Below, in pieces: positions 12,361 to 25,656 of a DNA stretch of 64,000 nt. Location of the stretch: the NCBI RefSeq assembly GCF_009914755.1, contig NC_060947.1; one strand, written 5' to 3'. The notes under the pieces are model-generated. The model searched no databases. It was given only the letters and a program-made list of their open reading frames with translations, and had not been told where the DNA came from. This DNA comes from the human T2T-CHM13v2.0 reference genome, Homo sapiens. Made by a program: the position numbers and the translations under genes. Position 1 is the first letter of the stretch, and every line of letters begins with the position of its first letter.

Positions 12361-13416
12361 TTCTAGATTAAAATCAGAGAATGTTAAAGCTGAAAGTTAC
12401 CTTATATACACATAGGTCGGCCAGTCAGTCAGCTCTTGCAATATTAAGGCCATTTAAATAATTTAATTGGCAAATTAAATTTCCTTGCTTTTTTCGGAAA
12501 AAAAATATATTATGTAAAGTTAGGTTAGCCTCTACAAAAGTATTTGTGCTTTAGCTGTAATCTGGCCAATGATTTTAGTGATCATTTATGAAAATATATC
12601 ATTCATTCTAAGTCCTGTTAGGCATTTAGAGGTGAATTGAAAATACTTATTTCTGAATTTGTTCCTCCTCTATTTCTTAGGATCACCTCTACCTCCCATG
12701 CACATTAACCTGGGAAAGAGACAGAAAAAATCAGAAAAAAAAGATGTTAGGAGAAGCTGAACAGACTGAAATTCTCCAGAATGAGAGTGAAAGGAGCTGA
12801 AATGCCTTTGAAATATTATTTCTCAGCAAACAAAAATCACAGAATAGATGCTGCAGACTTGAAAATGGATAAACACTGTTTGTGCCTACATCTTTATCTC
12901 TTTGCAATCACCTCAAGATTGAATTGTACTGTACACTATGGATGTCTAGTTGTGCTTCAGTTATAGTACATTTCCTTTGATGCCAACTTCCCTAATGTCA
13001 GGATTTTTCCCAGATTAAGAGTGAGAACTGGGATTGAGCCAAACAACAACACAGAATCCATAATCTTCAATACAGTTCAAGGTTGTTTCTAGGGATTAAA
13101 GAGTAGAAAAACACACCAATGCAATATAGGGCAAAACAAAATATAGTGATATCTCACCCTATCACCTAGCACACAGTCATATACAGAAAGGCTTATAATT
13201 TATCTTGGTAGTAAAAAATGTGTTACCTTAAGCCCTCTATAGTTAGATGATTGCGTGAAAGGTAAAAAAGCAGATTAGAAGGGATGCATCCAGGCATAAA
13301 AAAGGAATGCTGATAGTAGAAGAGGAAAATGTGAAATACCCAGGGTCCAAGCTTAGTACACTATGGTTAATTAGTGGTGAGGAGCAAGAGCTAGTTAGTC
13401 CACAGGAGTCTCAGGG

Positions 13417-13633
13417 ATAGTGAGACCCCCATCTCTATAACAAAAAAAAATGCCTGGTGTGGTATCATGTGCGCCTGTAGTCCCAGCTACTCAAGAGGCT
13501 GAGGTGGGAGGATGGCTTGAGCCCAGGAGGTTGAGGCTGCAGTGAGCCATGATGAGCACACTACTTCACTCCAGCCTGGGTGACAGAGCAAGATTCTGTC
13601 TCAAAATAAATAAATAAATGAATAAATAAATAA
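13417..13633 (+). mobile_element. AluJ, 5'-truncated, (TAAA)n tail
   Basis: End of left arm plus complete right arm. Confidence 0.9.
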
Positions 13634-13924
13634 ACCCCAATCACTGTTTAATATACAGTGTGATAATTACATTTGTAATGTTTCTTCTGCCCCCTCAGTT
13701 ATCATACTCCTCAGTGATTACCATCCTACCCTTGCAAGCTCTGCTCTCTGCTCCAAGTTTCAAGGGGGTGTATGAACTGAAATATCTTCCCTTCAATATA
13801 GCCTGTATATGCTTTAAGGCGGTCTTCCATGATCCCTTGTCCATTCAAAAATGGGTTGGGTTGTTCTTTACGTGTTCCCAGCACCCTGAGGTTTCATTCA
13901 AAGCATTTATCAAAACTGTAACTA

Positions 13925-14232
13925 GATCAGGTGCAGTGGCTCATGCCTGTAATCACAGTATTTTGAGAGGCCAAGGCAGGAGGATTGTTTGAGGCCGGAA
14001 GTTTGAGACCAGCACAGACAACATAGGGGATGCCCCTGTCTCTACAAAAAAAATGTTTTAATTAGCTGATCTTGGTGGTTCATGTCTGTAGTCCTAGCTA
14101 CTTGGGAGGCTGAGGCAGGAGGATCATTTGAGGCCAGGAGTTTGAAGTTACAGTGAGGTATGGATTCACCACTGCACTCCAGCCTGGGTGACAAAGTGAA
14201 ACCATGTCTCAAAAATAAATAAGAAAAAAAGA
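13925..14232 (+). mobile_element. AluJ
   Basis: Diverged Alu dimer with A tail. Confidence 0.92.
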
Positions 14233-14239
14233 AGACATG

Positions 14240-16050
14240 AATTAAGTGAAAAAAACATAAAGGGATGGAGAAAGATATACTATGTGAACACTAATAAAAA
14301 AAAAGTGGCAGTAGTTATGTTAATCTCAGAAAGAGTCGACATCAGCTAAGGACAGTTATCAGGGATAAAGAGTGGCATTACATAACGATAAAGGTGTCAA
14401 TTATCCACGAAGACATAACAACTTTTAATACGTACATGCCTAACTTTAGAACTTCAAAATACATGAGGCAAACACTGAGAGAACTTCAAGAACTTCAAAG
14501 AGAAGTAGATGAATCTACTATTATAGATGGAAACTTCATAACACCTATATATCAGAAATGGACAGATTCCAAAGGCAGAAAATCAGTAAGGACATAGTTA
14601 AACTTAGCACCATTAATCAACTAGTTATAATTGACATCTATAGACTACCTCATTCCACAACAGCAGATTACACATTATTCTGAAGCTCATGTGGAACATT
14701 CACCAAGATTGACATTCTGGATCATAAAACACACCTTAACAAACTGAAAGGAGTAGAAATCATATAATGTCTGTTCTCAGACTACAATTGTATTCACCTA
14801 GAAATCAGTAACAAAAAGATAGCTGGAAAACTTCCAAATACTTGGAGATTAAATGTTAAACTTCTAAATAACATGTGGGTCAAAAAAACTCAAGAGAAAT
14901 TTGAAAAATATTTTGAACTAAATGAAAATGAAAATGCAACTTCTTGAAATTTGTGGGATTCAGCAAAAGCAGTAATTAGAGGGAAATTTGTAGCACTGAA
15001 TCCATGTATTAGAAAAAAAGAAAGGTTTAATATCAGTCATCTAAGCTTATATTTTAGGAAACTAGAAAAAAAGAGATCACATTAAATCCAAAGTAAAGAG
15101 AAGAAATAAAACAGCAGAAATCAATGAAATTAAACAGAAAATTAATAGAGAAAGTAAGTGAAACCAAAAGCTGGTTTTTTCAAAAGATATTGATAAGCCT
15201 CTAGCCAGGCTGGGAAAAAATTATAAAAGACATAAATTGTTAATATGAGAAATGAAAGAGGGATATCACTGTAGATCCTGTGGACATTAAAAGGTTATCC
15301 TTTATTACGAAAGGAATATAATTAACAACACTATGCCCACAAATGTAATAACCCAGATGAAATAGATCAATTCCTTAAAAGACAAAATCTGCTAAAACTC
15401 ACACAAAAACAAATAGACAATCTGAATAGGCCTATATCTATTAAAGAAATCGAAACAATAAACAGAAAGCACCAAACCCAGATAGCTTCACTGGTAAATT
15501 TTACTAAACATTTAAAAAAGCCATTAAAGCAGTTCTCTACAATGTCTTCCAGAAGATAGAAGCAGGCGGAATATTTCCTAATTTATTCTATGCTGCAGCA
15601 TTACCCTAATACCATAAACAAAGACATTATAGGGAAATAAAACTACAGACCATATCTGTCTTGCACATAGATGTAAAACTTCTCAACAAAGTATTAGCAA
15701 ATGAAAGCCAACGATATATAAAAATAATTATATGTCACTACTGTACCAGGTATGAAAGCCTGGTTCAACATTTGAAAATCAATTAATTCCAGTTTTATTG
15801 TTTATCAGTTAAAAAGAAGAAAGAAAATCAATTAATGTAATCCATCGCATCAACATGCTAAAGAAGAAAAACCACATGATCATATCAATAGGTGCAGAAA
15901 ATGCAGCTGACAAAATCCAACACCCATTTGTGATAAAAACTCTCCATAAATTAGTAATAGAGGAGAAATTTTTCAACTTGATAGAGAATATCTACAAAAA
16001 ATCTATAGCTAACATTATACCATTAATAAATAGTGAGAAACTTGATGCTG
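14240..16050 (+). mobile_element. Old L1M ORF2 fragment (endonuclease to RT region), degraded
   Basis: ORF pieces such as [27 protein letters not shown] match L1 ORF2p; many stops and frameshifts. Confidence 0.92.
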
Positions 16051-19000
16051 TGAGCACCCTAGACAAGCAAGTTGTCAGTTCTACATTTCCATCTGCCTTC
16101 AGGCTATGGGTAATGAGGGGCCCTCTCTGCTTCCATCTGGCTTTGGGAAAAAGCTTGTCACCTTTGATCAGATTAAGATTTCATCCAGTGCCTCAGTACT
16201 TGTGGGATATGCTTTGGGTTAGCCTTTTGGCCTCTGATTTGGGATATATTGGAATCTAACTCAAGCCTATAAATAGTAAACAAAGCACAAGCAGATACCA
16301 CTGGAAAAAAGAGTAAAATACTGGTAGAGGGAAATTAGTATAGACTCAGAGAAATTTGTGAATTTTTCTCTTACTTTGGAATTGAACAAAATTAAAAATA
16401 AAACTCCTCTAATAAATTCAATCTCTCCCTTTGTCTCCTCTACACCACCACCCTTCCCATCCCCACCCAATACATTCACATGTACACATGCACACATACA
16501 CTCACATGTGCACGAATGAAGACAGAACTAAGCCCATTGACAGTAAGGAGAAGGAAGAATTCAGAACTAGAAATTTGTTGAAGACCCTTTGAGTGACCCT
16601 CCAACAAGCCCTAAAAGCAGTCCAATAGGCAATGGAACCCAGACCAGTCCCCCTTCCAGTTAAATTGACTAAATGTCCACAGGGTTTGCGTTTTAAGGTC
16701 AAAGCCTGTGCGTGGCCATAACCCTGCTGATTTCAATATGGCCATTTGCTCAAATCTATAGATCCCTTATTTCCCTAAGAAATTCCATCAGTTAAAAAGC
16801 CAAATACCTGGCCCTTATTAAATCCAGACCTTCATCTATATTTTCGAGGACCTGTGTGTGTCTTCTTGGGTTTAGTTTCCTAAGACCTGCTCTGACCTAA
16901 AATAGGAATAAAAATGATATAAATATGGAAAACAGTTCATTTACATATTCTGCCTCTGTAGGGTGGATGGAGATAACAATACAGCACAATTTTTTAAAGC
17001 TATTAATTCTCTAAGACAAGTGATTCAGAATTACAATTCCCTTTCTTGTCTCAAAATTTATAGTGCAAGACAATTCAACAACTGTTTATCAGGTTTATCA
17101 GGTGCCTAGCACAGTGTTCTAGTGTCTATCATGGTGTCTCAAAAGTAGTTGCTCAATTATCATTTGATTCAAACTGCTATTAGTTAATTTTGCCAGCCCA
17201 AAAGACAGATTGTTAGAAAATATCTTCATTTGGCATCTGAGGGGTTTGGAAAGAATCTGGATTCATTCCCAGAAATGAATATATCTGCTAATCAGGGTTC
17301 TGGAGTGGAAAAAAAAATGTTGAAGCTTAGGTCAGATTAAGAAATAGGTGGTTTGTTTTACTTCCTCTGACTATCCAGTGTTATTCTAATGCTGCCCCCT
17401 ACTTAAATGCATAAGGAACAACATTAAAGCACTCCACTCTGTGCTTTGGTCGGATGGATGGGTCAGTAGAAAAAAAGATATGGCATAAAAATACAAAGTC
17501 TGTAGAAATGATTGACTGTAAGGGGCTTTCTTTGGGAGAAGGTTTGTAAATGTGTTATAGGAAGAAAAGGCGTGCCTGGAATCTTGTCAAAAAGACTGGC
17601 ATCTTCCTCAAGGTCAATCAAGAAACCGAAGTGACTGGCATAAGATGACAATGGAAAATTATAATCTACTCAACTGCATTGGAACTTCTCTGGCATGACA
17701 TAGTCATGATGAAAAATATAAAAGGAGAATGGAAATTTTAAAATGGAGAAAATAGGATTTTAAAAATGGGAATAATTTATCAGTTTTCAAAGAAGAGTAA
17801 ACTCTCTCCCTTTCTGTGGGTTACTGAGAAACAATAGCCTCAACGTAGAGAAAGACATTCATTTAGCCATGCTTATTTGATAAAAATAAAAGTACAGAAC
17901 TCAAGAACCCTCCTTCCCTTCATCCAAATTCTTTGCTCACCAAGCAATCTTCCCATCTATAATTTGGTTCCCTGAGTGCCCATCCAAAAGGAATGTCATG
18001 AGAAAATGACAGATGTGAATTATTCTACCAGATCCATCTGTAAATTAATAAATGACTCTGTGGTTTATATGTCAGCCTTTTACAAGTGTAGATAGTATGA
18101 AGCAGTCCCCCAAAATTGACCACTTTGGGGCTAAATAAACCAAGTTTCTGGATCTGCAAAGCTGAGGATCTGACCCTGAATCCACGAGGAACTTTCAATC
18201 AGCCTGCCCATTGAGCTTTGCTGACTTGGCACAGTAAGCATTCTTGTTACCATTCCTTAGCTGTTGCGTGGCCTGAATATCACATTTACTTTCATTAGAA
18301 ATAAATGTGCAAAAAACAAGAAACTGGGAGGAAAGTAATATAGCAGAGAGGGAAAGGGCTTTAGTGTCAGAAGACCTGAATTTGGACAAGATACCAAACT
18401 CCTACCTTCCATTTTTCTCATTTGAAAATGGACTTAATAATATCTACTTCTGAAATATTTCCTTGTGAAATTAAATGATATTACATATAAAATATCTGGC
18501 AAATGGAAGGTGTTCAATAAGACATAAATTTTGTTACTACCAGGCTATGTTTATATTTTAAAAATACCTTAGACTTAACCCAAAGGCATAAGTGTCTGGT
18601 GGAGACATCTCAGACCCCAGCCAGGAAGGAAAGTGGCAAAAGAATGTGGGGGGACCCAGGACCTATCAAGGTCTTTGGAAATTGCACCCCAGGAGCTCCA
18701 AACACTAGAGCTTCTGGTTGTCCACTTAGGGAGTATGAAGTAATTAGGTAGCTATCCTAAACCCATTTAGGGAGGATGCAGTAATTAGGGAGCTGCTTCT
18801 ATCATAATTTCTGTGTAGATGGGTGGTTCATTGACATAGGCTACTCCCAACACATTGTCACAAGATACCTTCTATCTTCATCCAGAGAAAGCTTGCTGGG
18901 AAATAATACAAATAATAATAGCTAACATTTGTTCAGCATTTACTTTGTGCTTTACACTGTGTTAAGAAAAGTAGTTCTCTAATTATTTTCATATGCATTT

Positions 19001-19418
19001 GTTTTGTCTCATCAAGAATATCCTAAGCTCCTTGAGGATTTAGTGTCTACCTCATTGCCTAGCACATTGTAGGGTGTAATGGAAGAACAAATGCTACGGA
19101 TGCTGCTGCTGAACTATTAACATTTATTGATTCCTTACTATAAGCCAACCAATATGCTAACTGCTATTACATGCATTATCTCATTCACTTCTCTTAATAA
19201 CCGGATGAAGTAGGTTATTATCCCCATCTTACAGATGGAGGCATTGGAGCTTGAAGGTTAGGTTGCTTGCCCAAGTTCACTCAGCTTTAAGTGGCTGAGT
19301 ATGGAGTCAGTCCATGTCAGTGATTCCCAAAAACCATTCTACTACCATCCTATTATCTCCAGTCTTGGCTTTACCACTTACCTCAGGCAAGTCATTTAAT
19401 GTTTTTAAAGTACACCTA

Positions 19419-19783
19419 TGCTATGGTCTGAATGTTTGTGTATTCCTAAAACTTCAACTGTTGAAATCCTAACCCACAAGGTGATGGTATTAGGAGGTGG
19501 GGCCTATAGGAGGTGATTAGGCCATGAAGGAAGAGCTCAGGATTGAGATTAGTTCCTTTATAAGAAACCCTGGAGTGCTAGCTCACCCCTTCCACCATGT
19601 GAGGACACGGCAAATAGGCACTATCTGTGGAAAAAGAAACAGGTCCTCCCTCAACAAAGACCAAATCTGCCAATGCCTTGATATTGGACTTCCCAGCTCC
19701 CGACTGTGAGAAATACATTTATGTTGTTTATAAGCTTCCCAGTTTATGGTATTTTGTTATAGCAGCCCAAACAAACTAAGACA
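19419..19783 (+). mobile_element. MaLR LTR (MLT1A-like) inserted in a MIR
   Basis: TGCTATGGTCTGAATG...AACTAAGACA; near-perfect 5-bp TSD ACCTA/GCCTA. Confidence 0.9.
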
Positions 19784-20307
19784 GCCTATGAAATTGAAAT
19801 AATAATTCCCACCCTCAACAAAACAACGCATTGTGAATTCATCATTTTGACCCTGAGAATGATGAAACCCCAAATAAAGACTGGTCATTAGAAAGATCCT
19901 GTAATATCTAATTTCACAATCTGTTATGAATCCAATAAGAAATTAATATAAACCTTTTGCATTTTTATCCAATTCAATATAAATATTACTGGTAAAAAAA
20001 ACAATCAGCACAGAATAAAACTGAAAAAGCTGAAGCAAAACCAACTATATTTGATAATAAAAAATTGTTGTAGATGAAAAACTAAGAATCACACCTTTTC
20101 AGTCAAAAAACTGCAAAAATTGACCTGATAAGTTAGACTTGGTAGAACTTATCAAAGAAATAGAATGGAAAATGAATAAAAACACACTAAGCAAAATATG
20201 TCATTAATTGCAAATTGAATAGGAAACAAAATTTTGCAAAATATATATTTATCAAATAGGACTAAGGCAAATTGAACTGTGTAGAAATAATTTCCATAAA
20301 CATGAAA

Positions 20308-21430
20308 CTAGGGAGAAAATATTTGTAAACAACCCATCTGACAAGGAATTGATAACCAGAATATATAAGGAGCTCAAACAACTCTATAGGAAAAAAAATC
20401 CAATAATCTGATTTAAAAAAATGGGCAAAATATTTGAGTAGACATTGCTCAAAAGAAAACATACATGTCGCAAACAGGCATATGAAAATGTGCTCAACGT
20501 CATTGATCATCAGAGAAATACAAATCAAATCTACAATGAGATATCATCTCATGCCAGTTAAAATGGCTTGTATCCAAAAGACAGAAATAACAAAGACTGC
20601 AATAACAAATGCTGGCGAGGACGTGAAGAAAAGGGAACCCTCGTACATTGTTGGAGAGAATGTAAATTAGTACAACCACTATGGAGAAAAGTTTGGAGGT
20701 TCCTCAAAAAACTAAAAATAGAGCTACCAGGTGATCCAGCAATCCCACTACTGGGTATGTATCCAAAAGAAAGGAAGTCAATATGTTGAAGAGACATCTG
20801 CACTCCTATGTTTGTTGCAGCACTGTTTCCAATAGCCCAGATTTGGAAGCAATCTAAGTGTCCCTCAACAGATGAATGGAAAAAGAATATGTGATACATA
20901 TCCACAATGGAGAACTATTCAGCCATAAAAAAGAATGAGCTTCAGACATTTGCAACAACATAGATGGAACTGAAGGCCATTATGTTAAGTGAAATAAGCT
21001 AGGCACAGAAAGACAAACATCACATGTTCTCACTTATTTGAGGAATCTAAATATCAAAATAATGGAACCCATAGAGATAGAGAGTAGAAGGATGGCTACC
21101 AGAGGCCAGGAAGGGTAGTGGGAGGTTGGTGGGGAGGTGGGGATGGTAAATGGGTACAAAAAAATAAAATGAATGAACAAGGCTTAGTATTTGATAGCAC
21201 AACAGGGTGACCATAGACAATAATAATTGTTCATTTCAAAATGACTAAAAGAGCATAATTGGATTATTTGTAACACAAGGGATAAATGCTTGAGGGGTGG
21301 ATACCCCATTTTCCATGATGTGCTTATTTTACATTGCATGGCTAAATCAAAGCATCTCATGTACCCCATAAATATATACACCTACTATGTACTCACAACA
21401 GTTAAAGTGAAAACATTTTTAAAAGTAAAA
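20308..21430 (+). mobile_element. L1MA 3' end (ORF2 C-terminus and 3'UTR)
   Basis: [20 protein letters not shown] and [12 protein letters not shown] motifs; L1MA-type 3'UTR ending ATGTACCCCATAAATATATACACCTACTATGTAC. Confidence 0.93.
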
Positions 21431-21639
21431 CTATATATGTACAAAATAAATTTCAATGTAACCTTTATGAAGAAACTAACTTATTTTGATAACAAATAAT
21501 TTAAGCAAATTAAAAGTAAAAATGAAAAAAATATTTTCACTTCAATGCATAGGAAAATTGATAAAAGAAATATATAGGCTCAGTGGCATTCTCTCCAGAA
21601 AATACTTTAAAGAAGAAAATTCATCAATGTTGTTATAAT

Positions 21640-21915
21640 TAAGAATCATAGCAAAATGGTTTTAAAAGTGTGGGCTCTGGAGCCACATGATCTGTGTTTG
21701 AATTCCAGCTCCATCACTTACTTAACTGTATACTTCAGCTGGTAGCTTATCCTCTCTGTACCCTGCAATGACCTTGTCTGTAAAATGGGTATAAAAATCT
21801 GTAAAATGGGTATAAAAATAGTATTCGGTTCTTGTGAGGAGTAAACAAAGTAGTGCATACAAAGCACTTAAAAGTGTGCCTGACACATACTAAGTGCTAT
21901 ATAAGCACTAGCTAT
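21640..21915 (+). mobile_element. MIR with internal 21-bp tandem duplication
   Basis: TCTGTAAAATGGGTATAAAAA occurs twice at about 21777-21818. Confidence 0.8.
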
Positions 21916-22519
21916 GTACAAATCTTTCCTTTTCCATTACTTTCAGGACCCCACATCGCTTAATATTGGGTCATAATCATTGCATGACAAGGTGCTATCA
22001 AGACATTATGATATGCCTGTAATTGACAGAACTAGTGTGTTATCAATGACCAAAAATCCCATGTTTGATAAACAAGTTTTAGGTTATTTCAACTGCCAGA
22101 ACTAGGTTGTTTTGCAATGATTATAAAAAAGTAAGTTGATAATTTTTCCAAAGAGTTTTCTGAGTTGCTTAAATGTAGGCTGTTTTGTTCTCTAGTGCTA
22201 GGAAGGTGGGTGGGTAGTGTCTGCAGAAAAGAGTTGGTCTTCATAAAAAATATATGTGATTTAGGCACATATATATTCAGGCTATAAAGTTGCCTTTTGG
22301 TTCAAAGATGCTGAGTCTGGGCACTTTCCTACTAGGTATTTCTGTATTGTAGTTTGATCTCTTTATTTCCAAATAGGATGTGCCTCCCTCAATAATTCAT
22401 TCTAGTGTTTAAAACCCACTATATGGAGATGTTAAGGCCTGGATATGATGGGAGACGGGCAGAAACCAGAAAAAAAAAGGGCTGGCGAATATCTTCTTTT
22501 TACCACCAGTTTTTAAACA

Positions 22520-22778
22520 TTTTATTATTATTTTTTAAAGTTCTGGGGTACATGTGCAGGATGTGCAGGTTTGTTACATAGGTAAATGCGTGTCATGGTG
22601 GTTTGCTGCATCTATCAACCCATAACCTAGATATTAAGCCCAGCATGCTTCAACTATTTTTCCTGATGCTCTTCCTGTCCCCTGCCAACCCCGACAGGCT
22701 TCAGTGTATATTGTTCCCCTCCCTGTGGCCATGTGTCCTCATTGTTCAGCTCCCACTTATAAGTAAGAACATGAGGCA
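22520..22778 (-). mobile_element. L1PA 3'UTR fragment
   Basis: TACATGTGCAGGATGTGCAGGTTTGTTACATAGGTAAA...CCCACTTATAAGT. Confidence 0.9.
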
Positions 22779-23057
22779 CCACCCGTTTTTTTTAATCCCA
22801 TAATAAAAATTTTTAGATATTTCCATTTTCCCCTACTCCAGAACTATTTTTTTGCCCCTCATATATCTGTCACTGTCCCTTTTAACCTTTCCCTCTTTAT
22901 TGCCCAGTTTTCAAGGCTCAGTTCGTTTTCCATCTCCTCCCTCCTCTGATTAATCAAGATACTCTCTCTTTGAATTCACATTGCATTCCTTACCTTGACC
23001 ATGGAACTTTAGATTTCATTACTTGTGTTGGTCTTCATGTCATGTGTTATTTTAGTC

Positions 23058-23231
23058 CAGTGTTCTTAGCCACAGCTGCCCACTGAAATTAACTGAGGGG
23101 CTTTAAAAATGTTGATGCCTGGGTCCCACCTCACAAATTCTTGTTTAATTAGTCTTAGATGCAACCCAGAGATTGGGATTTTTAAAAGCTCCCCAGGTGA
23201 TCTTAGTGTGTAGCCAGGATTGAGAACCACC
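23058..23231. mobile_element. MER5A (hAT-Charlie MITE)
   Basis: CAGTGTTCT...AAGCTCCCCAGGTGAT...TTGAGAACCAC. Confidence 0.8.
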
Positions 23232-24137
23232 ATTTCAGTTCATCGTGAATGTAAGCTCTTTTATATTAATAAATTTTGTATTAGCATTAGCATTAGCAGC
23301 CCTCAGACTTGCTCAGATGCTGGTATACCTCGAAGTTACAGTGCTCTTTAAAGAACACTATAAAATATTGATGTATTTGACTGATTCCTGTAAATGAAGA
23401 ACAATTTTAGTGGCAAATAAAGAACTATGGTTTGAATATAAAATATAAGAGCATAGCCCTGTGTACATATAACCTAGACACACTTTTGAGCTATACATGA
23501 CTGGCTGATTCCCAGTTTCTCCTTAATATTCTTTGGCTTATTTTTCTGTGATCTGTAAGCATTCACTAACAGTCTCATAATAAGAGGTATCAAAGTTTTA
23601 AATAAAAATTGTAAGCCAAAAAAATCCAAAAGTGGCTAAATTCCATCTTTTTGTATTCTTTTACTTGCAAAGTAAGAAAAGCCTATTGCTACTAGATTTT
23701 AGTGTTGAAATACCTCCATTCAGCTTGCAGAACACCAAACACAATAATAACTGCTGACATTTATTAAACCCTTATTATATAGCAGATGATCTTCTTTATA
23801 TACATTATTCATATTTATATGCTTTATATGTTTATGTATTATATATAAATTACCATTTTGTAATGACAGCTTTTGTTAAAAAGGAATGGATGCAATACAA
23901 ATAGCATTTTATTTGGAAATTACTTGTCTGAAGCAGGTCTTTTGAATCTCTTTATAAAAGAAACTTGTATTTTATTAATAACAATGGCATGTACATGAAT
24001 ATGCAATTGGTAGAAGTCATACATGTAAGCTATTTATTTCCATAAAAGTTTTGGAGCCCTAGAAATAATTCCACAGTTGGCTAGCAAACTGAGACTTACA
24101 GGTTGTAAACTAAATGTTGAACTCCAAATTTGGAGTC

Positions 24138-24643
24138 TGTGGTATGCTGATTAATGGCCCCTAAAGATACCCAGGTCTTAATCTCTGGAATTTGTGCATG
24201 TTATATGGCAGAAGAGACTGTACAGATATAATTACATTAAAGCCCTTAAAATAGGGAAAATATCCTGGATTTTTTAGGTGAACCTCAGATGCAATCACGT
24301 GCATCCTTTAAGAGTGAAGCAGAGGGAGATTTGACACAGAAGAAAGAAGGCAATATGACAACCTTAGCAGAGAGAGAGAGATTTGAAGATGCCAAGGTAT
24401 AGGTACTGTAGATGGAAGAAGGGCCCGCCCACAAAACAAGGAATGCAGATCTTTAAGCCGGAAGGCAAGAAAACAGATTCTCCCCTAGAGCTTCCAGGGA
24501 GCACAGTTCTGCCAATGCCTGAATTTCAGGCCAGTGAAGCTGATTTTGGACTTCTGGCCTCCAAAACTGCAAGAAAATAAATGTGCATTGTTTTAAGCCA
24601 CAAAGTTTGTGGTAATTTGTTACAGCAGTCATAGGTAACTAAT
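24138..24643 (+). mobile_element. MaLR LTR (MLT1D-like)
   Basis: TGTGGTA...AATGGCCCCTAAAGAT...GATTCTCCCCTAGAGC...TTTGTTACAGCAG..ATAGGTAACTAATA. Confidence 0.88.
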
Positions 24644-24962
24644 AAAAAGTCTTTCCCCACATAGATACTGTCAGGAAAAGATGAAGACCAAGATTTCACG
24701 TGTAGGCCATCACGACACTTAACAAACATAGAAGGACATATTAAAACGAAGGAAATATTGCCTGAACCTATTCCTTTGTTTTTAAATTGATGAGGTGTGC
24801 AATAGAAAACTCGGCTTATTGTTAATGTAGAAACCACTTTAGTTGAACAGTCTTTGAAGAAATTTGGCTCTTTTTTTGGATAGTGTCCCCCCAGCCTAAG
24901 ATGTGCCAAACCAACCCCATCTGTGTGGTTTACATCAGAAAGCGTACTTTTTTCCCCTTTTT

Positions 24963-25173
<211 letters not shown>

Positions 25174-25356
25174 TGAAAGTCTTTACGTGATAGTTGAATT
25201 TTGACTTGAAATTCTTTATAAAAAAATTAAAATGTAATAAATGCATGGATTATCAGTTATTTACTTACAAATAACTTTAAGGAGCAGATAGGTTTTCAAT
25301 ACTTTAATGACTTAGGATGTCATCAGTAAACACCCCGTTAAGAATTTGGTGTTTTT

Positions 25357-25656
25357 GGTCGGGCTCGGTGGCTCACGCCTGTAATCCCAGTACTTTAGGA
25401 GGCCGAGGTGGGTGGATCACGAGGTCAGGAGTTCGAGTCCAGCCTGACCAACATGGTGAAACTCTGTCTCAACTAAAAATACAAAAATTAGCTGGGCATG
25501 GTGGTGCGCACCTGTAATCCCAGCTACTCAGGAAGCTGAGGCAGGAGAATCACTTAAACCTGAGAGTCAGAGGTTGCAGTGAGCCAAGATTACGCCACTG
25601 CACTCCAGCCTGGGCAACACAGTGAGACTCTGTCAAAAAAAAAAAAAAAAGAAAAA
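25357..25656 (+). mobile_element. AluS
   Basis: Alu dimer, poly-A, degenerate TSD AAGAATTTGG/AAGAATTCGG. Confidence 0.95.
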
